A stretch of DNA of 64,000 bases from positions 1 to 64,000 of IMG/VR virus record IMGVR_UViG_3300004369_000003, one strand, 5' to 3'. The notes under the pieces are model-generated. The model saw only the letters and a list, made by a program, of their open reading frames with translations. It was not told the origin of the DNA and ran no database searches. The position numbers and the translations under genes are program-made. This document shows positions 1 through 9,872 of this stretch, in pieces; the first letter of the stretch is position 1; each line of letters opens with the position of its first letter. Origin of the DNA: a virus.

Positions 1-188
1 GCTCCGAAAAGTTTTTCTTGGTTAGTAACTCTAGACTATCCTGCACTTCTAAAACGCAAAAAAACTCTGACTTTTCTGTTAGTACAGTCCGACAGAACAT
101 GCAGGAAGGTTTAGAAATTTGTCACGAAATCATAACGAAAACAAGAACCAAACAACTATAGACAACTAAAAATTATATCCACAAGTTG

Positions 189-848
189 TCATCGAACATG
201 CAGGTAGGTGCTTTTCAGGTGCTTGACCCTGACCTCTGGCTCCACCCAAATCTGGTAGCCAGCCTCCCTAGCCTTCAGGCAGAAACTGTAGTCCTCGCTC
301 AAATTGACAGGAAAATCTGCCGCCTCAATCTCAATCTGGCGAATCTGGAACCACGGCCTAGGCAGGCTTTCAAAGACCCCCCTCTTCATACAGACAAAGC
401 CAAAACCCACACCGTCCACCTGGACAGCCCCGTCAGCCAAGGAAAAGACCATGGAATCCATCGGCGTTGGCTTCCCCTCCACCAACCTCATGGTGTTGAC
501 CCGTCCAGAGTCCCCGACGGCGTAAAGTCCCGAAACTATGTCAAAGTCAGAATCCAGCAGGAGCTCAAAGTCCCTGATACTCCATGCAATATCGGAGTCA
601 ATCCAGAACACCTTGTCGTAGGTGAACCTTCCTGCACCAATCTCCTTGGCTTTCCAATCCAGACCGTCACCGCCCGTTGCGGTCATTTCGCGAGCGCTTG
701 GTACAAAGGACGAATAGTTGTTCAGAAGAAGGAACTTCAGGTCCTCCTCAACGCACCACTCAACTGTCTTCATCATAGAGTCCAAGTAACCAGCGGTTAT
801 AGAGTCTCCAGGGGTACAGAAGACAACGTGATAGTGGGGAATTTCCAT
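189..848 (-). CDS. Glycosyltransferase (GT-A fold, GT2-like)
   Basis: VFWIDSDI (DxD), VDGVGFGFVCMKRGVFE and SEDYSFC motifs typical of phage GT2-like proteins. Confidence 0.75.
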   Translation of the reverse strand: MEIPHYHVVFCTPGDSITAGYLDSMMKTVEWCVEEDLKFLLLNNYSSFVPSAREMTATGGDGLDWKAKEIGAGRFTYDKVFWIDSDIAWSIRDFELLLDSDFDIVSGLYAVGDSGRVNTMRLVEGKPTPMDSMVFSLADGAVQVDGVGFGFVCMKRGVFESLPRPWFQIRQIEIEAADFPVNLSEDYSFCLKAREAGYQIWVEPEVRVKHLKSTYLHVR

Positions 849-997
849 AATAAAAGGGTACCGAATCGAGCACTTGAGCGCAAGAACTTCTCAGTAGATA
901 CCGCCTAAACCCAGGTAAAACGGCAAAAATAGGACTTTTCATCGTGTTATGGTGGACTAATGGCTCTAGAAAGGTCTAGGGAAAGAGAGGAAGGCTT

Positions 998-1888
998 ATG
1001 GCTTGGAACCCCAACGCCATAGTTAACGCTTGCAAAGCCGCAGGCATTGATTATGAAGTTGACAAGACATGGCTCCAGATTGACCCCTACGGTTCAGGCT
1101 TTCAACCCGTGGGAGTCGTTTGGCACCACACCGCTAGTGGTACCTATTCGCCAGGTGACGCACCGTCTTTGAATTGGTGCCGATTCCCAGGGCAGTACGC
1201 AGGTCAGGCTCGTGGTTGTCACATCGTTGTCGGACGGTCTGGCAAGTTTTATGTCATCGCTGGCAAAGGCGCATACCACGCTGGTGCTGGCGGTCCAATG
1301 AAGGTCAACGGGACGAACATCCCCAAAGACCTCGGAAATCGCTACCTCATCGGAATTGAAATCGAAGCGAGCTCTACAAATCAAATAAACAAGAAGAACC
1401 GAACAACTCCAAAATCTGGACTGAATCCAATTCAGCTAGAAACCGTTGCGAAGTTCTGTGCTTCACTTTTTGACTCACTTGGTTGGTCAACAGAAGCAGC
1501 AATCCGTCATAAGGACTGGGCACCTGGTCGCAAAGTAGATGTAGGTATCCCGCTCAAAGACATCCACAAGGAAATTGACAAGTATCGGAAGAAGTCGCCC
1601 TCTTCTCCGAAACCAATCCCCCCAGTGGTTCAACCCATCACCCCAACTGTCACTCTTGACGACCTTCGCCTAGGTAAGCGGAGCACCTCCGCAATCATCG
1701 TCAAGGATGCGCTCAACAAAGAGTTCGGGACCAAGTTGCCTAAAACCAACGTCTGGGGCAGGGGCGCTATGCGCGTCTATAAGAAGTGGCAAAAGGCCAA
1801 TGGGTTTTACGGCAAAGATGCCGACGGAAACCCAGGACGTTCAACTCTAAGGATGTTGGCTAAGAAGTATCACTTCAAAATCAAGTAA
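998..1888 (+). CDS. N-acetylmuramoyl-L-alanine amidase endolysin with C-terminal peptidoglycan-binding domain
   Basis: VWHHTA, AYHAG, IGIEIE and IRHKDWAPGRKVD zinc-amidase motifs; Pro-rich linker; WQKANG..ADG.PG tail. Confidence 0.88.
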   Translation: MAWNPNAIVNACKAAGIDYEVDKTWLQIDPYGSGFQPVGVVWHHTASGTYSPGDAPSLNWCRFPGQYAGQARGCHIVVGRSGKFYVIAGKGAYHAGAGGPMKVNGTNIPKDLGNRYLIGIEIEASSTNQINKKNRTTPKSGLNPIQLETVAKFCASLFDSLGWSTEAAIRHKDWAPGRKVDVGIPLKDIHKEIDKYRKKSPSSPKPIPPVVQPITPTVTLDDLRLGKRSTSAIIVKDALNKEFGTKLPKTNVWGRGAMRVYKKWQKANGFYGKDADGNPGRSTLRMLAKKYHFKIK

Positions 1889-1891
1889 TAA

Positions 1892-1938
1892 AAAAGAGAA
1901 CCCCGCCCTTCGCCTAGGACGGGGACTCTTTTCTTTTT
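1892..1938. terminator. Intrinsic terminator (possibly bidirectional)
   Basis: Imperfect GC stem (CCCCG/CGGGG) flanked by an A-tract and a T-tract right after the amidase stop. Confidence 0.65.
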
Positions 1939-1966
1939 GTTTCTGCCAAGAAAGAAAGGAATTGCC

Positions 1967-2467
1967 ATGAGATTGAAGGTCACCCTTTTACTCATTTGCA
2001 TGTTAGCACCATTATCAATATCTGTACCCGTTTCTGCGTTGGAATTTCAACTCCCATCTATGAGAGTCATTTACGGCTACAGCCACCCAACCATGCAGGG
2101 CTGGCAGAGTAGTGCCTATAAAGGGAAATACTTCAGTCGCTCCCAAGAGTCGTGGCGCAAGTGTGTCCAGTTTCGAGAGTCTCGGCACCGTTATGGTGCA
2201 GCCAATAAAACTTCCTCCGCGAGAGGGGCGTATCAGTTTCTTGATTCTCAGTGGCGAAAGCCCCTCGCTCATATGGTCTACCCCGAACTCAGAAAGACGC
2301 ATGGAGAGCGTGTTGCAAAAGATATAAAGAATACCCTCTTCGCCAACCCCATCAACAAGTGGTCACGAGACATTCAAGATATGGCCTTTTACACCGTTCT
2401 CAACTATCATGGGAAGTGGTCAGGTAAGAAACATTGGAATGGCTCTTTTGCGGGCTATAAATGTTAG
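1967..2467 (+). CDS. Secreted lytic transglycosylase (SceD/Rpf-like lysozyme fold)
   Basis: AAAGGA RBS before ATG 1967; signal-peptide-like N-terminus; RES...A.NKTSSARGAYQFLDSQW catalytic motif. Confidence 0.7.
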   Translation: MRLKVTLLLICMLAPLSISVPVSALEFQLPSMRVIYGYSHPTMQGWQSSAYKGKYFSRSQESWRKCVQFRESRHRYGAANKTSSARGAYQFLDSQWRKPLAHMVYPELRKTHGERVAKDIKNTLFANPINKWSRDIQDMAFYTVLNYHGKWSGKKHWNGSFAGYKC

Positions 2468-2476
2468 GGTTAATTC

Positions 2477-3316
2477 ATGGAGAGAAACGTCCTTGTTGGC
2501 GGTGAAGTTCTTTTAACTCACCCTTCCTCCGCTTGTGCTGGTCAGTACTGCACCATCCATAACAACTCCAACCACCACATGCGCGACTGGCATCAGCACT
2601 GGCGCGAAGACAGACACATCATTGAGAGAATCTGCCCCCACGGCGTGGGTCACCCAGACCCCGACGAAATAAACACCGACAAGACGCACGGTTGCGACGG
2701 TTGTTGTATCCCACCCGAAAACGAAGAGACCACTATGAAAATCAAAGAAGCAATCACTGACGCTCTGACAGAGCAACTACTACAAAAATCTTCTCCCCGA
2801 GGAAAGCACGCAGGGGACTGGGACGCTGACGATGAGAACAGTCAGTACTCAGTTACCCGAGAACTTGTCGGGCTAATTGTTGACGGAACCTTCCAAGCAA
2901 TTCAAAATTGGGAAGAAACAGAAGACGAGAGCGATACAGAGGAGCCTCAGGAAGACGACCTCTTTGCTACACCTCCCCGCGACAGGTATGGCAAGTATCT
3001 GATGAACAAGTCAGAGGGCGCAGTTGCGTCACATGCAAACTTCTTCATCTTTATGGACGCTGGTCCTGGCGTTTCCCACTACGTCAAAGATGTTCGTGAG
3101 TGGCTTCGTCGAGTAGATGAATTAAAGATTCCAGACGATACGGAAGTAGAAGGAACCCTCCACCTCACTCACGATTTTGACAACACGGTTGTTGAGCGGA
3201 TTGAATGTGGGGAGTGCTACCAATACGACATCATTACCGAAACGCATCACTGCGACAGTCGTTGGTCGGAGCGCTATCAAGCTCTTAAAGAAAAAAAGTC
3301 ACAGCAGGAGACATGA
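2477..3316 (+). CDS. Hypothetical protein with His/Cys-rich N-terminal module
   Basis: 279-aa ORF; CTIH...ERICPHGVGHPDPD...HGCDGCC followed by acidic segments. Confidence 0.65.
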   Translation: MERNVLVGGEVLLTHPSSACAGQYCTIHNNSNHHMRDWHQHWREDRHIIERICPHGVGHPDPDEINTDKTHGCDGCCIPPENEETTMKIKEAITDALTEQLLQKSSPRGKHAGDWDADDENSQYSVTRELVGLIVDGTFQAIQNWEETEDESDTEEPQEDDLFATPPRDRYGKYLMNKSEGAVASHANFFIFMDAGPGVSHYVKDVREWLRRVDELKIPDDTEVEGTLHLTHDFDNTVVERIECGECYQYDIITETHHCDSRWSERYQALKEKKSQQET

Positions 3317-3645
3317 TGATTTATCTATCAGGACCAATGACTGGATATGTCGGTTATAACTACGACACCTTCCATAAGGCAGCAGAGTACCTTCGTAATA
3401 AGGGATATACCGTTTTTAATCCTGCAGAAATTTTCAGTGGTAATACTTCTCTTCCTCGTGAGGACTACATGAGGGAAGACATTCGGGCTCTCCTTGACTG
3501 CGAAACCGTGATGATGCTTGATGGGTGGCAAGACTCCGATGGTGCTAAGTTGGAGTATGAAATCGCAAAAGCAATTGGTCTTCCCGTTTTAGAGTTTCAC
3601 ATAAGTTCTAAGAGTAGTGAAGGAAAGATAAAGGTGTTGAGCTGA
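3313..3645 (+). CDS. DUF4406 / nucleoside 2-deoxyribosyltransferase-like protein
   Basis: IYLSGPMTG, VFNPAE and W.DSDGAKLEYEIA motifs. Confidence 0.8.
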   Translation: MMIYLSGPMTGYVGYNYDTFHKAAEYLRNKGYTVFNPAEIFSGNTSLPREDYMREDIRALLDCETVMMLDGWQDSDGAKLEYEIAKAIGLPVLEFHISSKSSEGKIKVLS

Positions 3646-3881
3646 TGTGCGATGATGCAGCAGTGTTATGGAGCAACTACGAGCAGAACCGACGCCACAT
3701 CCGAGATGAACTACAAAACGAGACACTTCGAACCCTTGACAATCACCTCACCAGATACAAAAATCTTGCGGTAGACAGTCAGTTTCTTGCGGGGTTCGAA
3801 CTGGCGATAGACCTAGTTCGTACTCCTAGAACAGCAGAAATGACGGAACAAAACGAACTGGACGCACCAAGACTTTTTTAG
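3645..3881 (+). CDS. Hypothetical protein
   Basis: Coupled to the upstream stop (TGATG). Confidence 0.6.
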   Translation: MCDDAAVLWSNYEQNRRHIRDELQNETLRTLDNHLTRYKNLAVDSQFLAGFELAIDLVRTPRTAEMTEQNELDAPRLF

Positions 3882-3949
3882 AAACTTGTCATCTTTGATA
3901 GGCTTCCCAGTTCAACCTACGCAAGACCCGCATCTACCATCACGAGGAA

Positions 3950-6013
3950 GTGATTACTTTGGCTATCCCCTTTTCTTTCACCCTGTCCGAAGACTTTGTT
4001 AACGGTTATCGTGACAAGCAAGCACCGTTTGGTTACCGAGATGCGGGCGGTAACTCGGTGGGTGAAATTACATTCCTTCGTACTTACTCACGACTGAAGG
4101 AAGATGGCACCAAGGAGTCTTGGGCTGATGTTTGCGAACGTGTCATCAATGGCATGTACTCACTTCAGAAGGACCACTGCAAAGACAATCGTCTTCCGTG
4201 GATTGACCAGAAGGCTCAAGCATCTGCCAAGGAAGCATTTGACCGTCTCTTCAATCTGAAGTGGACACCTCCTGGTCGTGGACTTTGGGTTATGGGAACC
4301 CCAATCGTTAACGAGCAACGCAACTCTGCTGCACTTCAAAACTGTGCGTTCATCTCTACTTACGACATGCACAAGAGCAATCCAGCAAAGCCATTTGGTT
4401 TTCTCATGGAAGCATCAATGCTTGGCGTTGGTGTTGGTTTTGATGACAAGGGTGCAGATAAAGATTTTGTTATTTACAAGCCAACGAAAGAGATTCAGGA
4501 GTATCACATTCCTGACACCCGCGAGGGTTGGGTTGACTCCACCGTTGCGCTTATCAATTCGTACCTCAAAGAAGGTCAGCCGACTTACGTTTTTGACTAC
4601 TCAGTCATTCGCCCACTTGGCGAACCAATCAAGACTTTCGGCGGTACAGCAGCAGGTCCAGAACCGCTCATCAAACTCCACGAGTACATCAAGAAACTTT
4701 TTGCATCTCGCGCAGGTAAAGGCAAGTTCCTCACTCGCACAGACATTGCTGATATTGGAAACCTCATCGGTGTTTGCGTTGTCTCGGGCAACGTGCGTCG
4801 AAGCGCAGAGCTTCTCATCGGTCGCCTAGATGACGACAACTTCCTCAACTTGAAGAACTCAGAGAAATTCCCAGAGCGCAACTCTTATGACCCAGATGCT
4901 CCAGGTTGGGGTTGGATGTCCAACAACTCTGTAGAGGTTTCTGTTGGTCAGGACCTTTCTCCAATCGTTGAAGGCATCTCTCGCAATGGTGAGCCAGGTG
5001 TTCTCTGGATGGATGTCTCTCGCAAGTACGGGCGTCTTACTGATGGAGTGAACAACAAGGACCACCGAGTCGCTGGTTACAACCCATGCGCTGAGCAGTC
5101 ACTTGAGAGTGGGGAAATGTGCACGCTTGTTGAGACCTACCTCAACCGCCACGACGACCTTGAGGACTACAAGCGCACCCTGAAGTTTGCATATCTCTAT
5201 GCCAAGACCGTCACCCTTCTCCCCACCCACTGGGAAGAGACCAACGCAATCATGCAGCGCAACCGACGCATCGGAACTTCAATGTCAGGTGTTGCAAACT
5301 TTGCAGACCGAAAGGGTCTTCCGACTCTTCGCACTTGGATGGACGAGGGCTATAACACTGTCAAGCGCTATGACAATGTGTACTCAGAGTGGCTAGGTAT
5401 CCGTGAGTCCATCAAGACCACAACCGTGAAGCCTTCTGGCACCGTGTCAATTCTTGCTGGTGAGTCCCCTGGTGTTCACTGGACCCCAGGTGGTAAGTAC
5501 TTCCTTCGCACTATTCGTTTTGCGAACACCGACCCCATGCTTCCGCTCTTCAAGATGGCGAACTACAAGGTTGAAAAGGCGAGCGAGTCTCCCGACACAA
5601 CCTCAGTTGTTTACTTCCCCATCAAGTCTGACGCAGAGCGTGCAGAGCGAGATGTCACTATCTTTGAAAAGATGGCGCTCGCAGCTCAGGCTCAGCGTTA
5701 CTGGTCAGACAACTCCGTTTCCGTCACTATCTCCTTCGACCCCGAAAAAGAGTCGGAGCACATCGGCACTGTCCTTCACATGTATGACGGTCAGATGAAA
5801 ACGGTTTCATTCCTTCCGTCAGGCAACATGACCTACCCACAGATGCCTTACACGCAAATCACGGAGAAGGAATACGAGAAGTACACGATGAAACTATTCC
5901 CCATTGACTTCTCTGGTGTGTACGCAGGAATGGCTGCGGATGCAATTGGCGAGGCTTACTGCACCACAGATGCTTGTGAGATAAAGTTTGTAAAGGACAA
6001 CCAAGCAAACTAG
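3950..6013 (+). CDS. nrdJ: Class II (adenosylcobalamin-dependent) ribonucleotide reductase, monomeric RTPR-like
   Basis: RTYSR, PPGRGLW, NC, GNVRRSA, YNPCAEQ (thiyl Cys), VKPSGT and C-terminal CTTDAC. Confidence 0.93.
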   Translation: MITLAIPFSFTLSEDFVNGYRDKQAPFGYRDAGGNSVGEITFLRTYSRLKEDGTKESWADVCERVINGMYSLQKDHCKDNRLPWIDQKAQASAKEAFDRLFNLKWTPPGRGLWVMGTPIVNEQRNSAALQNCAFISTYDMHKSNPAKPFGFLMEASMLGVGVGFDDKGADKDFVIYKPTKEIQEYHIPDTREGWVDSTVALINSYLKEGQPTYVFDYSVIRPLGEPIKTFGGTAAGPEPLIKLHEYIKKLFASRAGKGKFLTRTDIADIGNLIGVCVVSGNVRRSAELLIGRLDDDNFLNLKNSEKFPERNSYDPDAPGWGWMSNNSVEVSVGQDLSPIVEGISRNGEPGVLWMDVSRKYGRLTDGVNNKDHRVAGYNPCAEQSLESGEMCTLVETYLNRHDDLEDYKRTLKFAYLYAKTVTLLPTHWEETNAIMQRNRRIGTSMSGVANFADRKGLPTLRTWMDEGYNTVKRYDNVYSEWLGIRESIKTTTVKPSGTVSILAGESPGVHWTPGGKYFLRTIRFANTDPMLPLFKMANYKVEKASESPDTTSVVYFPIKSDAERAERDVTIFEKMALAAQAQRYWSDNSVSVTISFDPEKESEHIGTVLHMYDGQMKTVSFLPSGNMTYPQMPYTQITEKEYEKYTMKLFPIDFSGVYAGMAADAIGEAYCTTDACEIKFVKDNQAN

Positions 6014-6022
6014 GGAGTCGTA

Positions 6023-6481
6023 ATGACTTGGGACCTCAATCAGCACCATCTCCCAAAAGACGCTGGAGAGTATGCGGAAGGACTGTCCAAGATTATGGAC
6101 AGAATTCCAGAAGGTTGGGGGCGTTGGATTTCCCACGGTAAGGGTTGGTACAAACTTATCTGCGACACCAACGAGATGCTTTCGTTCATTGACCCTGACT
6201 ACGAGATTCACCAAGTCAAAGAGAAGTTCGGAACTCTTCGCTACTACTACGCAAGTAAGTTTCCTTGGGGCTCAACTCAGGAAAAGATAATGGAAGCAAT
6301 TGTTCGCCACGCAGAAGACCTTTCGGCTGTCACCTGCGAGGAATGCGGCAAGGCTAAATACGGAACTCTTGACAATATTGACAGCACGGTCAAACTCAGA
6401 GCCCACGGCTGGTATCGAACTCTCTGCGACACCCACGCTCTTGAGCAGGGCTATCCAATTGAAGAAACCGAGGAAGAATAG
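6023..6481 (+). CDS. Conserved phage hypothetical protein
   Basis: QVKEKFGTLRYY and CEECG...RTLC pattern common in phage proteins. Confidence 0.7.
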   Translation: MTWDLNQHHLPKDAGEYAEGLSKIMDRIPEGWGRWISHGKGWYKLICDTNEMLSFIDPDYEIHQVKEKFGTLRYYYASKFPWGSTQEKIMEAIVRHAEDLSAVTCEECGKAKYGTLDNIDSTVKLRAHGWYRTLCDTHALEQGYPIEETEEE

Positions 6482-6528
6482 GACCAAATTTATTGGTCTA
6501 AACTACGCTCTTCGACAAGGAGCGTGTT

Positions 6529-7377
6529 ATGGCATTTCCCATCAAGAAAGTAGTTCTACCCCGAGACCTCAAGGGTAGGCAGAACGGAAAGCTTCCCGCA
6601 GAGATTCTTGGAAACATCGGACCCTACGGTCAGATGCACCACCTCGCGGCTAATGCGTGGGAGGCAATGCGTGCTCACGCAGCCAAAGACGGAATCACGC
6701 TCGCTCATGTCGGGGACTATCGTCCCTACGACAAGCAGTACGCACTCTTTATGCAGCGCTATGTCAAGGGTGACTCTGGTGATTCGCGCAGAATCACTCG
6801 CAAGTTCCAAGGCGCTGTTTGGATGCTCAAGCCAAAGATGGCGCAAGCGGCGGTCCCTGGTACCTCCAATCACGGTTGGGGTCTGGCGATTGACTCAGCT
6901 CTGAAGGTAAACGGAAAAGTTGTTTCTATCAGTAGCAACGCTCGCGGAAATACTCACCACAAGACTGGCGTTGACTGGCTTCTTGACTACGCAGACTCCT
7001 ATGGTTTTAGTTGGGAACTTCAGTCAGAACCTTGGCATCTTCGTTACTATCCAGCAGAGTCAGTGCCTCAAGCAGTACAAAACTGGCTTGCTGGAAAACC
7101 ACGGCCTCCTAAGCCAGCAACAACTCCAGCCACCCCCGATAACCCAACCGTGGCTATCAAAACTAAGAAGCCTTGGCCTGGTGGTCGCTCACTTCGTATG
7201 GGTATGCGAAACAACATCCATGTCAAAGCAGTTCAGGCTCGTCTAGGCATCAAGGTAGATGGTCACTTCGGCCCCCAAACAAACCATCATGTGATGGACT
7301 TCCAGAAGAAGAATCCAGCATGTGGCCCAGTTGATGGGATTGTCGGACCAAAAACTTGGAAAGTGATGTTTGGGTAA
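6529..7377 (+). CDS. M15 (VanY-like) peptidase endolysin with peptidoglycan-binding domain
   Basis: YR...Q, PGTSNHGWGLAID and EPWH motifs; C-terminal DG.FGP / DGIVGPKTW PG-binding repeats. Confidence 0.88.
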   Translation: MAFPIKKVVLPRDLKGRQNGKLPAEILGNIGPYGQMHHLAANAWEAMRAHAAKDGITLAHVGDYRPYDKQYALFMQRYVKGDSGDSRRITRKFQGAVWMLKPKMAQAAVPGTSNHGWGLAIDSALKVNGKVVSISSNARGNTHHKTGVDWLLDYADSYGFSWELQSEPWHLRYYPAESVPQAVQNWLAGKPRPPKPATTPATPDNPTVAIKTKKPWPGGRSLRMGMRNNIHVKAVQARLGIKVDGHFGPQTNHHVMDFQKKNPACGPVDGIVGPKTWKVMFG

Positions 7378-7498
7378 TTTCATAAGATTTCTAATTTAAA
7401 TAAACCCATACAACCAAATAACTTTCTGAAGACTAGTATCAACTTTTCTATCTTCTTTTATGATGGGATTACCCCCCGTTTTTAGAGTTAGGTAGAAA

Positions 7499-8434
7499 AT
7501 GTCAAAGATGGTCTGGCCCCTTGACGGGTCGCCTGGTAAGGGGTTTACCGTTAGGTCGCCTTTCGGATGGCGAATCCACCCCATTTCAAAAGTACGCAAA
7601 CACCACAATGGCGCGGACATTATTGGTGGCAAATACATCAAGTCCATCGCTGATGGTGTTGTCATCACCGCTCGTGCTTCTAAATCAAAGAAGTCAAATG
7701 GTGAGCCGAATGGCTACGGCTATTTCGTAGTTGTCCGCCACAAGATTGACGGGCAGTACTACACATCTCTTTATGCCCACATGGTCAAGAACAGTTTCCA
7801 AGTAAAAGAAGGAGACAAGATTCAGGCGGGCAAGATTCTTGGTGAGATGGGAACAACTGGCGCTTCAACAGGCGTCCACCTTCATCTAGAAATCTGGAAA
7901 GGCAAGACCAACGGTTGGTCAGCCGACGGCTCTGGATTCGTTGAACCCATTGCCTTTATCCAGACTCACCTCGACAAAGACGCTGTTATTAGCGTTGCTG
8001 AACTTCCCACCCCAGACCCAGCCAAAGTCTGGACAGCACCCTCTAAGAAGCCAAAATACACAGACGCTATGTCTCGGGGTGGACAAGATGTTGGTCAGGA
8101 TGTTGCATATCTGCAGAAGTTCCTTGGCATCAAAGTAGACGGAATCTTCGGACCATTTACAGAAAAAGCCGTAATCGCTTTCCAGAAAAAGCAGAAAGGC
8201 ATCGTTGCAGATGGTGTGGTTGGTCCCATCACTTGGGGACTTATTCCAGACACCCTTGAGCCACCGAAGCCTAAGGCTCCTAAGGCACCAGCGAAGATTC
8301 ACGTTGTAAAGCGTGGCGATACATTGAGCAAGATTGCGAAAGCGTCTGGTGTGTCAGTTACGAAGCTCAAAGGACTGAACAACATCAAGAACGCAAACCT
8401 GATTAAAGTCGGGCAACAGATTAAACTGGGTTAG
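7499..8434 (+). CDS. M23 peptidase with PG-binding and LysM domains
   Basis: HNGAD, YAH, STGVHLHLE; DGIFGP/DGVVGPITW; HVVKRGDTLSKIA LysM. Confidence 0.9.
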   Translation: MSKMVWPLDGSPGKGFTVRSPFGWRIHPISKVRKHHNGADIIGGKYIKSIADGVVITARASKSKKSNGEPNGYGYFVVVRHKIDGQYYTSLYAHMVKNSFQVKEGDKIQAGKILGEMGTTGASTGVHLHLEIWKGKTNGWSADGSGFVEPIAFIQTHLDKDAVISVAELPTPDPAKVWTAPSKKPKYTDAMSRGGQDVGQDVAYLQKFLGIKVDGIFGPFTEKAVIAFQKKQKGIVADGVVGPITWGLIPDTLEPPKPKAPKAPAKIHVVKRGDTLSKIAKASGVSVTKLKGLNNIKNANLIKVGQQIKLG

Positions 8435-8607
8435 TGCCCACTTACGAATATAAATGCCCTCTGGGTCACCTCTACCAGGAAGAGCGGTCTATGAAAGAAG
8501 ACCAGCGCCTGGTGAGGTGTCCCGAGTGCGATAGACCTCTTATCCGTATTTATAAGCCCGCTGGTATAACATTCAAGGGTAAGGGTTTCTACTCAACAGG
8601 AGGATAG
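8434..8607 (+). CDS. FmdB-family zinc-ribbon protein (57 aa, not in ORF track)
   Basis: GTG start; translates MPTYEYKCPLGH...CPECD...ITFKGKGFYSTGG. Confidence 0.85.
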   Translation: MPTYEYKCPLGHLYQEERSMKEDQRLVRCPECDRPLIRIYKPAGITFKGKGFYSTGG

Positions 8608-8964
8608 ATGTCTGACGAACAAGACGAGATGCTTGCTGCTTATGGAGAAGGCGACTTTGAGATTATTCGAGGCGAGGATGTAGTTGTCTCTCAGGAGGTG
8701 TCTAATCCAGAAGTCGCTGATGACCCTGACGCCCCCGAAACAACAGAGATTTATTACATGCTTTGCTATAACGTCCAGATGGGTAAGTGGTACTCAGCCG
8801 ATGGAATGATTAACGTCTTAACCAATGGTGCTGGAACAGTCCTTGAAGGTAAAGGCTCAAAGGGCCATTGGCGACCTCTTGCAGAGGGGCAAGAAACTGA
8901 CGTAGATTATGACAATGTTGAGTCACTGGGGGAGTTTCTCAGAAGTGTCAATAAAGAAGATTAG
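8608..8964 (+). CDS. Hypothetical acidic protein
   Basis: AGGAGG RBS; abuts the upstream stop. Confidence 0.65.
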   Translation: MSDEQDEMLAAYGEGDFEIIRGEDVVVSQEVSNPEVADDPDAPETTEIYYMLCYNVQMGKWYSADGMINVLTNGAGTVLEGKGSKGHWRPLAEGQETDVDYDNVESLGEFLRSVNKED

Positions 8965-9126
8965 GTTCTGGTGTATCGCTATGCGATACATAGATAGGAA
9001 GTTGATGCGTGGTGAGTACCGTTAAGAACGGTGTTTATGGAACACTTCCAATGCCAGAATGGAAGCATAAAGTCCTGAAGTTCATAGCAAAACTTTTATT
9101 TCTAAGAGACGTATCGGCGGTCATCA

Positions 9127-9525
9127 TTGTCCATGGAGAGAGTGACACCTCGTCCTGATTGGGACGAATACTATTTAGGGATTGCTAAAGCAGTCTCTAT
9201 GCGTGGCGACTGCGCTCGCAGACAGCACGGCGCAATCATTGTCAAAGACCACAAAATTGTTTCTACGGGGTACAACGGTACTCCTCCAGGTGACGAACGT
9301 TCTTGCGGCAAAAGCGGGCAGTGCCCCAGAAACCTTGACCCCAACGCGGTTCATGGTGCTGGCGATTACGACCTTTGCTGGGCAACCCACGCAGAAGCAA
9401 ACGCTCTTCTTCGAGCAAACTGGGAAGAATTAAAAGACTCAACTATTTTTATAACTGGCGCTCCATGCTCTGGTTGTCATAAACTAATTATGTCTGCGGG
9501 GATTAGCAGAGTTGTTCATCTCTAA
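9127..9525 (+). CDS. dCMP deaminase (true start probably a few codons downstream)
   Basis: RPDWDEYY, TGYNG, HAEANAL and PCSGC zinc motifs. Confidence 0.9.
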   Translation: MSMERVTPRPDWDEYYLGIAKAVSMRGDCARRQHGAIIVKDHKIVSTGYNGTPPGDERSCGKSGQCPRNLDPNAVHGAGDYDLCWATHAEANALLRANWEELKDSTIFITGAPCSGCHKLIMSAGISRVVHL

Positions 9526-9549
9526 GCAGACCAGAATGAAAGTAGAGAA

Positions 9550-9807
9550 ATGACGACACAGACAATTAGTGTGAATATGGCAGCAGAGCATTACATGGAT
9601 GGGGCAAGGCGGGGCAGAGAAGCGGGAGCACTTGATGAAAGAAACCGCATCTTGAACCTTCTTTCCGATTGCGATTTCCAAGACGCAGTTGCATACGAGT
9701 GGAAAGAAGATAAGACCATCTACGAAATCATTTCTGAATTGATTATCAGAAGTGAGGGACATCAGTTTGGGTATAATAAATCTCAAGAAGAAGTCAAACT
9801 CTTCTAA
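9550..9807 (+). CDS. Hypothetical protein
   Basis: 85-aa ORF with ERNRI motif common in small phage proteins. Confidence 0.6.
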   Translation: MTTQTISVNMAAEHYMDGARRGREAGALDERNRILNLLSDCDFQDAVAYEWKEDKTIYEIISELIIRSEGHQFGYNKSQEEVKLF

Positions 9808-9830
9808 AGATTTCCTTACCCGACGAAGGA

Positions 9831-9872
9831 AAGCGCGGGGGCCCCTGAATTACGGGGGCCCTCGCTGCTTTT
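9831..9872. terminator. Terminator between convergent genes
   Basis: GC-rich stem GGGCCCC/GGGGCCC followed by GCTTTT. Confidence 0.75.

Noticed and set aside
186-908. 240-aa plus-strand ORF
   Set aside because: Antisense shadow of the motif-bearing glycosyltransferase; no recognisable features
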